Source of the DNA: an uncultured bacterium
GTDB taxonomy: Bacteria > Verrucomicrobiota > Verrucomicrobiia > Verrucomicrobiales > DEV007
Length of the DNA: 64,000 nucleotides
Direction of reading: 5' to 3'
Assembly (NCBI GenBank): GCA_963977015.1
Contig: CAXBMO010000007.1
Span: 64,001-128,000 of the forward strand
The translations under genes were made by a program, and so were the position numbers. Below, piece by piece: positions 25,845 through 35,917 of the stretch (positions are counted from its first letter, which is position 1; each line of letters opens with the position of its first letter). The notes under the pieces were generated by a model that made no database searches, was not told where the DNA came from, and saw only the letters and a program-made list of their open reading frames with translations.

Positions 25845-26363
25845 CTAGAGCCTGATTTCCAATCCCATTTTTCTCATCTCCAGCAAGGCCTCCGCATTGC
25901 CAATCGCATCATCGACCGGATGGTGGGTGTGCTTCGTTTTTCGCAAATGCTTGAAGTTTTGCGAGCAGTTTTTCACCATGCCCTTGTAAATCGAGCCCAA
26001 GTTGGAAGACGAATGACCAAACGGGTTCTTCTGCAGAAAGTGGTGGAAGTACCAGTTCACAAATTGCCAATCAAACCCGTTGTTATCGCTGATGAACATC
26101 GGCTGACCTCCCTGATTGGATTCGGCAATCCAGTCCCGAAACTGTTCCATCACCCGCTTCGGATTTTCAAAGCTCTCCGTCTCTCCCCGCGAAAACCCAC
26201 TCACCGCGAGTGCTTCAGGAATCCAGTACTCCGAGATGGGAGAAAGCTGCCCGTAAAACGTGCACCCCAGGCTCGCATCCACACGGACCGCGCCAAGACA
26301 GACCATCGAGTAGTCTCCCGGGATCGGCCCATCCGCCTCAATATCGACCATAAAATAACTCAT
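25845..26363 (-). CDS. DEDDh 3'-5' exo(ribo)nuclease
   Basis: MVDIEADGP, NGFDW, HHPVDDA. Confidence 0.85.
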   Translation of the reverse strand: MSYFMVDIEADGPIPGDYSMVCLGAVRVDASLGCTFYGQLSPISEYWIPEALAVSGFSRGETESFENPKRVMEQFRDWIAESNQGGQPMFISDNNGFDWQFVNWYFHHFLQKNPFGHSSSNLGSIYKGMVKNCSQNFKHLRKTKHTHHPVDDAIGNAEALLEMRKMGLEIRL

Positions 26364-26417
26364 CGTCAAAAGACGCAGCAGATTTGATCGGAATTCAACC
26401 CGATGCTGCTTTCGGGC

Positions 26418-28319
26418 CTACTTCCCAAAGAACCGCTCTACAAGCTTTTGGTCCGGTGTGCTATCCCGCAGACTCACCAAAACCACCGCCAAAAACGCAG
26501 TGAACATCGAGTAGATGAAGGGATGCAAATCAAAGGGAGCATATTCCTGAAACGTCCCATATTTCACCGCACCGATGAGATAGAAGAGTAGAATCGTTGC
26601 TCCTCCCGTAATCATCCCGGCAACAGCACCGCGGCTTGTCATGCGTGGCCAATAGAGCGCAAGGACCATCGGCACCAGAAAGCAGGCGCCCAAACCGGCT
26701 GACGCAAAGACAATCAGCGTCTGGAGAAAATTGGGAGGATTCAGGACCGCAATCACGCCAGCCACGCCCAACAGAATCGTTACCCAGTGGGTCAATCGTT
26801 TGATCTGCTTTTCCGAGGCATTCAGATTGATATTCTGTTGATAGATATCGCGAACCACTCCGGACGAAACCAGCAGCAGAAAGCTATCCACACTCGACAT
26901 GATCGCCGCGAACGGAGCCGCAACGAGAAGGCCGGCTAACCAGGGAACTCCGGCGTTCTCCGTAAGTGCGGCGGCCATCTCCGGCATAATTCGATCCGGC
27001 GCGATTTCCCACCCCGGCAACAACACGCGTGCCGTCGTAAAAATCACAACAAGGGGTAGGTAGATGATCAAAAAGAACACCGCGACAAAAATGATCGCCC
27101 GTCTCAAAACCACGGAATCACGGAAGGCCATTTGCCGAACCATATAGCTGGGTTGGCCAGCGCCGCTAAAGTTCCAGAACGCAAAGAAACTCAATGCGAG
27201 GAAGACGGGCAGAAAGCCACCGACCTTGGTCGGATGCGGTCCAGGGGGCATCAGGTAAACTCCGGGCTGCTCAGCTCCATAAGCATAAGACTGAGACTCC
27301 AGAACTGTCGCAGCGACGCCTTTCACCGCGCCATAGCTCATCGCTTCGATCTCCTCCGCGGTCGTCAGCTTCAATGCGTCAACGTTCTCGCTCTTAGTTT
27401 CTCCAGCCGGAATCTCGGCGAACGATTTCAACCGAACCAATCCACCATCGTTGGTTCTGATCCAGTCCCCTTTCGCGGCCTCAAATCGCGTCTCCATTGG
27501 AGTTTCAAGTTCCAAGCTCACGACGACTGTTTCCGGCGGAGTCATCGCGGCCAACTGCTCGGTCGCTCGGCTCAATCCTCCCACCTGATGAATCGCCAGA
27601 ACGAGCATGATGACGACACCAACCGCCATGACGAGCCCCTGCATTACATCCGTCCACACCACCGCGCGAAATCCCCCATAGGCCGTATAAACCACCACCG
27701 AAATCGTGAAGAGGATCAGGCAAACCACATAGGATCCCTCGGCGGCCCCCACCCACAGCCAACCTTCCGTTGCCAACTCAAATCCCCTGGCCAACCCATC
27801 GAACGCCGGATTTCCCTCCAACAAGGTCGCCATGATCTGAGCGCCGGCTTTGAATTGAGCCAGGAGGTAGAAGAACATGAAGAAAACCAGGATGATCGTG
27901 GCGGTGTTCCCCACAGCCGGACTGGAAAATCGCTTTCTCAGGAGTTCCGGAACGGTGATCGCCTGAGCGATCCGCCCGACCTGATTGATTCGCTTGGCGA
28001 ACAACGCCAACGCCACCAAGGGGCAAGCCATATACCCGCAAATCCACCACGCCAAGGACCAGCCATGCGTATAGATCAGCGCCGGAAAGCCCATAAAGCT
28101 TCCTCCTGAAGCGACCGTTGCTCCATAAGTCAGCGCAAATGCCCAGAGCCCAATACTGCGACCGCCCAGGAAATACTCGCTGAGAAACTCGCGCCCCTGT
28201 TGCGCACGATTCGCGAAATAGGCAAGCGCGAACACCATCAGCAAGTATACGACAAACGTCACCAACGCTGACGTCGAGGCAGCCGACGTTGCGGCCAGGA
28301 AGCCTTCCACCACCATCAT
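26418..28319 (-). CDS. Sodium:solute symporter (PanF/PutP-like) with an extra loop domain
   Basis: EYFLGGR, SGGSFMG, GGFRAVVWTD, AAIMSSVDS. Confidence 0.92.
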   Translation of the reverse strand: MMVVEGFLAATSAASTSALVTFVVYLLMVFALAYFANRAQQGREFLSEYFLGGRSIGLWAFALTYGATVASGGSFMGFPALIYTHGWSLAWWICGYMACPLVALALFAKRINQVGRIAQAITVPELLRKRFSSPAVGNTATIILVFFMFFYLLAQFKAGAQIMATLLEGNPAFDGLARGFELATEGWLWVGAAEGSYVVCLILFTISVVVYTAYGGFRAVVWTDVMQGLVMAVGVVIMLVLAIHQVGGLSRATEQLAAMTPPETVVVSLELETPMETRFEAAKGDWIRTNDGGLVRLKSFAEIPAGETKSENVDALKLTTAEEIEAMSYGAVKGVAATVLESQSYAYGAEQPGVYLMPPGPHPTKVGGFLPVFLALSFFAFWNFSGAGQPSYMVRQMAFRDSVVLRRAIIFVAVFFLIIYLPLVVIFTTARVLLPGWEIAPDRIMPEMAAALTENAGVPWLAGLLVAAPFAAIMSSVDSFLLLVSSGVVRDIYQQNINLNASEKQIKRLTHWVTILLGVAGVIAVLNPPNFLQTLIVFASAGLGACFLVPMVLALYWPRMTSRGAVAGMITGGATILLFYLIGAVKYGTFQEYAPFDLHPFIYSMFTAFLAVVLVSLRDSTPDQKLVERFFGK

Positions 28320-28627
28320 GAATCCGTTCCCTCCTCACCATCACCTGGCCCCAAATTCGTATCCTTCATGAATCGGGAGGCAAACCAGAAGATAAAGGCC
28401 AACGCGCCAAACCACGGAAGCACGATTCCGAAGGCAGCCCATCGCGGAATTCCCAACACGGTCGGCATGGGATTCGCCTCGCTGACTTCATTGGGAGTGA
28501 GCACCGCGCAGGAAATCCCCGTCCAGAGCAGGAAGAAAACCCACGCTCCCAGAATCACCCACATCTCGCGTTTCGACTGACGAAACGATTCTCCCAACTC
28601 GACTGCGTTGTCCGCTGGGGAACTCAT
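28316..28627 (-). CDS. YhdT/DUF997-like small membrane partner of the SSS transporter
   Basis: FRQSKRE, two TMs, GIPRW, MKDT; ATGA-coupled to the SSS gene. Confidence 0.8.
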   Translation of the reverse strand: MSSPADNAVELGESFRQSKREMWVILGAWVFFLLWTGISCAVLTPNEVSEANPMPTVLGIPRWAAFGIVLPWFGALAFIFWFASRFMKDTNLGPGDGEEGTDS

Positions 28628-29487
28628 GATCGACTGCGCTTGGGAGGAGCTTTTTCCCCTTCGTTGGCGACCTGAACATCCAGCTCAGGCCGCTGTTTTT
28701 TGATCGACGCCACCAGCGGCGTGACATCCGGTGGTCCCCTGCGGGCATCCACGAGAAGCGCTTCCAACGAGGAGATCCCGGCGATCGCGACCATGTGATC
28801 CGGCCCCAAAGACTGTACGTTTTCAAGGCTCAACACTTTCAACGGCAGCGATTGAAGCTTGGCCAATCCATCGGGAGTGATCGAGGTTTCGAATCCGCGC
28901 GGCGCCTGGAAATCCAGCTTCAAATCCTCCAACTTGGGAAACTGTTCGGCAAGGTGCGCCAAATGCGCATCGTTGGGCGTTTTGGGAGAGTGATACAGAT
29001 TCAGCTTGGTGAGGTTCGGTAGATCGGTGAGCGTCAGCACCGCATCATGGTTCTTCTCCGGGCTTTCCTGATTGAGGTTGCGGAGGCCCATACACCCGCC
29101 AACCGTTAGACTCGAGATCTGCAGACCGGAGAACGGCTTCAATGAGCTGATCGTCTTGCAATGCCAAATGGTGAGGGCCTGGAGATTCGGCAGTTTCTTC
29201 AAAAACCCCCATTCGTCATCTTTCACGTCTGGCGCGTTGAGGGCAATTTGCTCCAGAGATTGAAGATGCCCAATCAGCTGCAGTTCCTGAGTGGTCAGCG
29301 CCGGTTTCCCTCCATAAAACAGCTTGGTGACAGTGCCGCCTTTGTCTTTCGAAAGCCTTACTCCGGCTTTCTCAAAGTGGGCAAGGGTTTCCGCGGCATA
29401 GGTCGGCAGCTCCGCTCTGGACGTCAGCGCAACGAAAGCCGAGAGCATCGTAGCGAGAAAGAATCGGGGTAAGTTCATAAACGGCAT
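28624..29487 (-). CDS. Secreted leucine-rich-repeat protein
   Basis: Signal peptide; repeated LxxLxL (LPNLQALTI, LPNLTKLNL, FPKLEDLKL). Confidence 0.75.
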   Translation of the reverse strand: MPFMNLPRFFLATMLSAFVALTSRAELPTYAAETLAHFEKAGVRLSKDKGGTVTKLFYGGKPALTTQELQLIGHLQSLEQIALNAPDVKDDEWGFLKKLPNLQALTIWHCKTISSLKPFSGLQISSLTVGGCMGLRNLNQESPEKNHDAVLTLTDLPNLTKLNLYHSPKTPNDAHLAHLAEQFPKLEDLKLDFQAPRGFETSITPDGLAKLQSLPLKVLSLENVQSLGPDHMVAIAGISSLEALLVDARRGPPDVTPLVASIKKQRPELDVQVANEGEKAPPKRSRS

Positions 29488-29649
29488 CGGAAGTTCCCCT
29501 TAGCCTTTTCGGGAAACCTCCCCATGTCGAGACCCAATGTGGATCGACGCCAAAAGAAGTCTCCCCGCTCTATCATACGCTTCATCCGTTGTCTGCATCG
29601 CACCAGCATTGTAGGTTGGATCCCCAATCGTCCCCCTCCCTTTTGGAGC

Positions 29650-32085
29650 TCATTCGCTCAGTTGATTTTCGTACCAAACCACGTTCTGGCTGTTTTGGCC
29701 GGCGACGAGCAGGTCAAAGTCTCCGTCACCGTCCATATCGACCGACCGAATGTCATAAGCCATTTGGTCGTCGTCGATGTCATGCGCGGTGAAGTTGCCT
29801 TTGCCGTCGTTTTCGAACCAGACCGTGCGCTTGTCGTCCTTCGCGGTGGTCGCGGCGTCGATGTCACCGTCGCCGTCGAGGTCGTTCACGGTTAGGCAAT
29901 GGGCACCGCTGAGCAAATTGTCGATCCGGTGGAGCTCAAACTTCTTCTCGCCCTGGTTTTCGAACCACAGAATCCCCGCATCGTGTCCCCGCGTGGCGAA
30001 AACGTCCAGGTCACCGTCGCCATCCAGGTCGGCGGGCATCGCGCAGGTCGCCGCGGTTTCTTCGATTGCCAAAACGTGCTTCTTCCAGGTCTCCTCACCG
30101 GTGTTTTCCCACCACGCGAACCAGTTTCCGTTCAAAAACGGCTTCCCCTTCGCGCCTGCGGTAATGTCGTTGTCGCCATCGCCATCCAAATCGCCAATGC
30201 CCATGTAGTGACTACCGCCACCGGCGTCGCCCTTCGCAAAAATGTGGCGCTTCCACTCGGCATCAACATCGCTCGGAGTTTCGTACCACATGATGGAGTC
30301 ACCGACCGGGCTGTTGGGATTAAACTCGTTCGCGATCAGGTCGATTTTGCCGTCCTGATTCACGTCCGCCTCGAGGACGTGGTGCACACCGGTGATGTCG
30401 CCGTCGACCACGCGGTAGGTCCAGTCGCCTTTCTCAGCTTCGGCGCCACCGGGATTTTCGAGCCAGAAGACGTGCCGGTCCCCGCCGATGAAATCCGGGT
30501 CACCATCGCCATCCACATCCAGGTTGGTGCTGTGGATTCCGCCTTTTTTTGCGTAAAGCTCCACGTAACGCCAATCCGGCGCCAACACCATCGCGGACGG
30601 CCCTCCAGATTTGCTGAAGGCGATGTCCATCTTGCCATCGCCATTGAAATCGCCCGCACTAGCGCCGTTCACTCCCCGGCCTTTCCAGACGACGTGCTTT
30701 TTCCAGCCGCCCGCGAGTTTTGGCTTCGATCCCAGGGTCGATTTGTTCCAATAAATCCTGACATTCTTGGTCCAGCGTCCCGCTGCGATGATGTCGAGCT
30801 TTCCGTCGCCATCGAGATCGGCGATTTTCAGATCTTCGGTTGCCATGCCGCCTTCGTCGATCCAGTGACCTTCCCAAGACTTGTCGGACTTGTTCCAGAC
30901 ATAGAGTTTGACCCCGATATTGTCCTGCTCTTTCGGCGTCCCGCGCCACCCGGCCACCACTTGTTGGCGGTCGAGCCCGAGAAGATCGGCGCAGGCCAAC
31001 GCGTGGCCTTGGACAAGGGTGTCGTCGAGGACGGTGCGGCGCCAGACTTGAGCGTAAGCTGGGCTTTCCTCATTCACCGTTGCCCAATTCTCAGGGTCGA
31101 GCGTTGCATAGCCAACTTGGCGTTCTGAAATCGCGTTCACATTGGTCGCGGGGTCCAAGGACCGGGAAAACGCCAGGTTCCGGGCTTCGTCCTGACTTCG
31201 AAACTTGGTCGCAATTTCCTTTACTGGCTCATAAATCACCAACTCCGTCCCATGCAATGGCTCGATCGTTGCGTAGTGCTTCAGCCAACTCCCGCGGAAG
31301 GTGTAATCCGGCCCAAACCGCGCTTCTCCGACTCCATCCGAACCTCCAAACTGGCCCGAATCAACGATGAGTTCATTTCCACTACGTCCTCCGGCCAACA
31401 TGAGACCTTCCTTCCCGCCGATCAGCATCTCCTCGCCGCCATTCATCTTCCGCGCGATGTCGAAATTGTGAGTCTGATGAAGCGAATCATCGATCACGCT
31501 CGATTTCCAATTCTCCGCCTTGGTTGGGTCCTTGGGAAATTGATACGCGACGACCCGCACGCCGTTTTCGCCTTCGCCTTTGACGTTCCCGCGTCCATGC
31601 AAGGGCAACATCACCAGTTCCCAGCGATTCTTCGGACTCCGGCGCCAATGCATCCGGTGCACCGTCGGCTCGTGCGGCAAATCGACCACCGTCCAACGCT
31701 GAGTCCGGTCCTTCGGCGCAACGAGATAGTGCACCGAGCCGCTCGTTTTCTCGTCGCTCGTTTCACCCGGATTCCAATTCGCGCCAACCGCGATCTCACA
31801 CTTCCCGTCGCCATCAAGATCGCGCGCCGCGACGCAGACATTATCGCGCGGGGCGGTCAGTTTGCTCGCGATGACGTGTTTCTTCCAGGTCGGATTCTGA
31901 TACCAGACCACGTCCGATTTGTCGGCCAGGACGATGTCGTCTTTCCCGTCCCCATCGACGTCGGCAATGGCCAATCCGTATCCAACTTCAATCTCCGAAT
32001 CAATCGTCTCTGCTTCAAACTTCGGCTCCAAGGCATCGGCGGAGATGGCACCACAAAGGATCGCCAAGAAAAGGTGGGATTTCAT
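29650..32085 (-). CDS. Secreted FG-GAP/VCBS repeat protein with two beta-propellers
   Basis: Many DxDGDGxxD repeats; signal peptide from MKSHLF; His-rich N-terminal propeller (VHRMHW, LHG, THN, GHA). Confidence 0.88.
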   Translation of the reverse strand: MKSHLFLAILCGAISADALEPKFEAETIDSEIEVGYGLAIADVDGDGKDDIVLADKSDVVWYQNPTWKKHVIASKLTAPRDNVCVAARDLDGDGKCEIAVGANWNPGETSDEKTSGSVHYLVAPKDRTQRWTVVDLPHEPTVHRMHWRRSPKNRWELVMLPLHGRGNVKGEGENGVRVVAYQFPKDPTKAENWKSSVIDDSLHQTHNFDIARKMNGGEEMLIGGKEGLMLAGGRSGNELIVDSGQFGGSDGVGEARFGPDYTFRGSWLKHYATIEPLHGTELVIYEPVKEIATKFRSQDEARNLAFSRSLDPATNVNAISERQVGYATLDPENWATVNEESPAYAQVWRRTVLDDTLVQGHALACADLLGLDRQQVVAGWRGTPKEQDNIGVKLYVWNKSDKSWEGHWIDEGGMATEDLKIADLDGDGKLDIIAAGRWTKNVRIYWNKSTLGSKPKLAGGWKKHVVWKGRGVNGASAGDFNGDGKMDIAFSKSGGPSAMVLAPDWRYVELYAKKGGIHSTNLDVDGDGDPDFIGGDRHVFWLENPGGAEAEKGDWTYRVVDGDITGVHHVLEADVNQDGKIDLIANEFNPNSPVGDSIMWYETPSDVDAEWKRHIFAKGDAGGGSHYMGIGDLDGDGDNDITAGAKGKPFLNGNWFAWWENTGEETWKKHVLAIEETAATCAMPADLDGDGDLDVFATRGHDAGILWFENQGEKKFELHRIDNLLSGAHCLTVNDLDGDGDIDAATTAKDDKRTVWFENDGKGNFTAHDIDDDQMAYDIRSVDMDGDGDFDLLVAGQNSQNVVWYENQLSE

Positions 32086-32185
32086 GGATACCAGAAAGGA
32101 CCATTCTCCCAAAACGCGCAAGGGGTAGTGAGTGCAATTCACTCACTACCCCTTTGGCAAATTGGATTCGTATTAACGAATTCGA

Positions 32186-34027
32186 CTAGGACGGATCCAG
32201 CATCGGAGTGTGGTAGTCCTTATTCTCGGTGATCGATTTCACGACCCCTGTGCGAATCACGAAATCTCCGAACTTCTCACCGTCCTTGCGATCGTGGGCG
32301 TAGGCCGTAAACAGAGGACGCAGTGTCTCTTTGATTTCTTCCGCCGGCACCGCCTGGCGATAGAGCCGCGCAAGTCGATCGCCGATGAAACCACCACCGA
32401 GATACATATTGTACTTTCCGGGCCCTTTTCCAACAAAGCCGATTTCCGCAATGTAAGGTCTGGCGCAACCGTTCGGGCAACCGGTCATCCGAATGGTGAT
32501 CGCATCGTGAGTCAGGCCCACTTCTTCGAGCACGTCTTCCAGTTCGGTAATGAGATCGGGCAGATACCGCTCACTCTCAGCGAGAGAAAGACCGCAGGTT
32601 GGCAGCGCAACGCAGGCCATTGAGTTGAGTCGCAAAGCGGAACGCTCGTGAGAGTCCTTGATTTTGAATTTCTCGAGAAGCGCCTCGATTTCAGGCCGCT
32701 TCTTCGGGCTGACATTGGCGATGATCAGGTTCTGATTCGCGGTGAGGCGAAAATCACCTTCGTGAACCTTGGCGATGGCGCGGAGTCCGGAGCGCATCGG
32801 CAGATCATAAGTATCGCGAACCCGGCCGTTCTGAATGAACAACGTGAGGTGACTGTTGCCGTTGGCGTCCTCGACCCAACCGTAACGGTCGCCATTGTCA
32901 TCGAACTTGAAGGGTTTCGCGGCTTTCAGCTTGTAACCAAGGCGTTGCTCAACCTGATCGCGGAACCAATCGACGCCGTGATCTTCGACCGTGTATTTGA
33001 GACGAGCGTGCTTCCGCTCGGTCCGATCACCAAAATCGCGCTGAACGGTGACAACCTTTTCAGCAACATCGACGACCTGGTCCGGCGTGCAGAATCCCAT
33101 CACATCGGCAAGACGCGGATAGGTTTTCTCGTTGCCGTGATGCATGCCCATTCCCCCACCAACCGTGACGTTGTAGCCCTCGATTTTTCCGTTCTTCACG
33201 ATGGCGATGAACCCGAGGCAATGCGCATAGATGTCGACGTCGTTGCTCGGTGGCACAGCGACCACAATCTTGAATTTGCGGGGGAGATATTGCTTCCCGT
33301 AGATCGGCTCGACTTCTTCAGGTTCTTCCGTGACCTTGACCTTTTCGCCATCTTCATCGGTCAGCCAGATCTCGTGATAGGCTTTGGTTTGCGGCGTTAG
33401 ATGATCACTGATTTCCTGGGAAATCTTCAGCGCTTCGGCATGAACCTCACTCTGATGCGGGTTCGGATTGCACATCACGTTGCGATTCACATCACCACAA
33501 GCGGCGATCGTATCGAGCAGCGCGTCGTTGATTTCTCTGATCGTCGTTTTGAGATTCCCCTTGATCACGCCATGGAACTGAAATGCCTGGCGGGTCGTCA
33601 GTTTGATCGTGTGGTTTGCATAATCACCGGCAAGGCGGTCCATTTCCAACCACTGCTCGGAGGAACAAACACCCCCGGGAACGCGGACACGGATCATGAA
33701 TGAGTAAGCCGGTTCCTTTTTGGCTTTGCGACGTTCCCGGCGGAGATCGCGGTCGTCCTGCTGATAAATGCCGTGGAACTTGGTAAGTTGCGTATCCTCC
33801 TTGGAAAGCGCCCCGGTCGACAGATCGGCGAGTCCCTCAATCACGGTTCCGCGCAGGTAGTTGCTCGAAACCTTGATCGTTTCGTTTTTCTCAAGGTTCT
33901 CCAAGTCAGTGCTGTGTGACGGAGCAGGAGAAGGTTTCGGCTTCAAAACCCGGGTTTTCTTAGCCGCTGGATTGCTGGTTCCCGCGGGCTTCTTACGTTT
34001 TGCAGCTCGTTTGGTGGCGTTCGCCAT
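32186..34027 (-). CDS. cysI: Assimilatory sulfite reductase hemoprotein
   Basis: [51 protein letters not shown]. Confidence 0.95.
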   Translation of the reverse strand: MANATKRAAKRKKPAGTSNPAAKKTRVLKPKPSPAPSHSTDLENLEKNETIKVSSNYLRGTVIEGLADLSTGALSKEDTQLTKFHGIYQQDDRDLRRERRKAKKEPAYSFMIRVRVPGGVCSSEQWLEMDRLAGDYANHTIKLTTRQAFQFHGVIKGNLKTTIREINDALLDTIAACGDVNRNVMCNPNPHQSEVHAEALKISQEISDHLTPQTKAYHEIWLTDEDGEKVKVTEEPEEVEPIYGKQYLPRKFKIVVAVPPSNDVDIYAHCLGFIAIVKNGKIEGYNVTVGGGMGMHHGNEKTYPRLADVMGFCTPDQVVDVAEKVVTVQRDFGDRTERKHARLKYTVEDHGVDWFRDQVEQRLGYKLKAAKPFKFDDNGDRYGWVEDANGNSHLTLFIQNGRVRDTYDLPMRSGLRAIAKVHEGDFRLTANQNLIIANVSPKKRPEIEALLEKFKIKDSHERSALRLNSMACVALPTCGLSLAESERYLPDLITELEDVLEEVGLTHDAITIRMTGCPNGCARPYIAEIGFVGKGPGKYNMYLGGGFIGDRLARLYRQAVPAEEIKETLRPLFTAYAHDRKDGEKFGDFVIRTGVVKSITENKDYHTPMLDPS

Positions 34028-34059
34028 TTTCAATCAATATTAAGTTGCGTTGTTTACTT

Positions 34060-34073
34060 AGGATTAATATCCT
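34060..34073. promoter_or_regulatory. Inverted repeat in the cysI/Rrf2 divergent promoter (candidate operator)
   Basis: AGGAT-TAAT-ATCCT in an AT-rich 82-bp gap. Confidence 0.4.
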
Positions 34074-34109
34074 GCACGTGGATTTGCTGAATTGCAACAA
34101 CCGTTTTCA

Positions 34110-34523
34110 ATGAAAATTCCGCTCAAACTGGAATATGCATGCCGGGTTTTGATTCAACTCAGGCCCACTTACACCACCGGAGAAATCCGTCGAGTGGAAA
34201 ACTTGGCGGATCGGGAAAAGATTTCTCCCAACTACTTGGTGCAGATTCTCAACGAATTGCGCAATGCGGGATTGGTCGAGAGTCGCCGTGGGAAGAACGG
34301 AGGCTATGTACTCGCCCAAGACCCCGAAGCGATCACCCTCGACCACATTGTAAGAGCTGTCGAAGGCCCCTTTCTGCAACTGAATGGCTCGACCGACGGC
34401 GAATCAGGCGAAACAACCGCCAAACTTTGGAAAACCGTCGCAAGCTCCATCGAAGACGAGCTCAAGAAGCACAGCCTCGCCTCGATGGGAGATCCAGGAG
34501 AGGCCGGAATGTGGATGATCTGA
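34110..34523 (+). CDS. Rrf2-family regulator, CymR-like
   Basis: YLVQIL..L..AGLVESRRGKNGGY; no Fe-S Cys triad; ends GMWMI; divergent from cysI. Confidence 0.88.
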   Translation: MKIPLKLEYACRVLIQLRPTYTTGEIRRVENLADREKISPNYLVQILNELRNAGLVESRRGKNGGYVLAQDPEAITLDHIVRAVEGPFLQLNGSTDGESGETTAKLWKTVASSIEDELKKHSLASMGDPGEAGMWMI

Positions 34524-34584
34524 CCAAATCATTCTCACCACTTTTCTGATTCCGGTTTTCGGTTGGGCACGGTAATCTTCATGG

Positions 34585-34830
34585 ATGGATCGCAAAAACC
34601 CCGCCCCTTTCGTTTTCGCCCGTTTTCTCGTTCGGGCGGCCGTGGTCATGACGATCGGGTTGATTGGTTGGGATGTTCTGCGCCGGGTTGGCAATCCGCG
34701 CCCCAAACCTGCTCCCATCCGGCCCGATGACGAAATGGTTCAGTTGAAAGGGCGAGTTGCGGAGTTGGAGCTGGAGGTCGAGCGACTCCGCATCGAAAAT
34801 GCCGATTTGAAGCGGAATACGCCGGATTAA
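34585..34830 (+). CDS. Small single-TM coiled-coil hypothetical protein
   Basis: TM followed by LKGRVAELELEVERLRIENADLK heptads. Confidence 0.55.
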   Translation: MDRKNPAPFVFARFLVRAAVVMTIGLIGWDVLRRVGNPRPKPAPIRPDDEMVQLKGRVAELELEVERLRIENADLKRNTPD

Positions 34831-34939
34831 ACTGGCCATTCCCGCCCCCACCAACCCCCGGTGGGCCCAAAAACCCTAACAACAACAGATTTTCTGAGAT
34901 TTAGTTGACAAATGTTAGAATTCTTTCCTTGTTAGTATC

Positions 34940-35917
34940 ATGGCTACAGAAGGAAAAATTACTGGCGAACGCCAGAAGCGACACTCCCGCTACATCGATA
35001 TGTGGGTTACTCCCGGCCTGCACCCCACCAATATCGATCTCCTTTCCAAGCTCAAATCCGCTGAGGATCGCCAGTTTTCCAGCAACATGGGCGTCACCGG
35101 CAAAATGATCGATGAAGATCGACAGGAGAAAAGCAAGGAAGAGTCCCACATTATCGGAGTTCGCACCGATATCTGGAAGCCTAGCAAAGATGACAAAAAG
35201 CGGGTCATCACGAAGATTCAGAAAGAACGGGAGAAGGAACTTCGATCGAGGCTGAAAAGCGACGGTCGCCTCAACAAATCCCAAAAAGCAGTTCTGGACG
35301 CGAAACTCGACAATGACGAGACCATGCAAATGGACGTCAGTGATGTTGATAAGCAGCGCCTGGTCCTGAAGATGTTCAAATCCACCGGCAAACGCATTCG
35401 CTGGAAGGGGACCCTGGAGGAAATGACGGTCCACGAAGTTCACAACTCCCTGGGATCTCATCGTCCGCTGATCACGTTTGCCGCAATTTTGCCGGATTAT
35501 GACTACATGATCCACATTCAGCAGAACCGCAGGATTTTCTACATCCCACCCACCTTCTCATTCGCTTACTACGAGGAGAGCAACGACCGGATGTGGTACA
35601 TCGATCTAAAATGCTACTGGGTTTCCTTCGGCATTGACTTCAAGATCGAGGCTCAAGGCCGAAAAATCGGCAAGATTGATGGCAAATTCTGGGCCTTGGG
35701 AACAGACTCCCGAATTCACGTTCACGAGCCAACGTTGGCCAAAGACCAGAAGTTCATGGATCTGCTCAGTCTGTTTTCAGCGAGTATCGGGTTCCAGAAA
35801 CGCATTCGCCAAAACATCAGAATGCGGGTTAAAAAGGTGAAACGCGGTCGCTCGATGCACATTATCGAAGACGAAGAGCTGTGGTTGCTCAAGAATCCGC
35901 GTCGATTGGTGCGGTAA
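34940..35917 (+). CDS. Hypothetical basic protein, possible LURP/Tubby-C-like C-terminal region
   Basis: 325-aa ORF; WVSFGIDFKIE...KIGKIDGK pattern. Confidence 0.65.
   Translation: MATEGKITGERQKRHSRYIDMWVTPGLHPTNIDLLSKLKSAEDRQFSSNMGVTGKMIDEDRQEKSKEESHIIGVRTDIWKPSKDDKKRVITKIQKEREKELRSRLKSDGRLNKSQKAVLDAKLDNDETMQMDVSDVDKQRLVLKMFKSTGKRIRWKGTLEEMTVHEVHNSLGSHRPLITFAAILPDYDYMIHIQQNRRIFYIPPTFSFAYYEESNDRMWYIDLKCYWVSFGIDFKIEAQGRKIGKIDGKFWALGTDSRIHVHEPTLAKDQKFMDLLSLFSASIGFQKRIRQNIRMRVKKVKRGRSMHIIEDEELWLLKNPRRLVR

Noticed and set aside
17506-26363. PD-(D/E)XK nuclease, DEDD exonuclease (plus EEP and KptA) as an anti-phage defence island
   Set aside because: Scattered among housekeeping genes with no clustering, mobility genes or obvious compositional break
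29700-31980. Recurring GTCGCCATC/GTCGCCGTC DNA repeats
   Set aside because: They encode DxDGDG protein repeats with irregular spacing; not CRISPR or a DNA element
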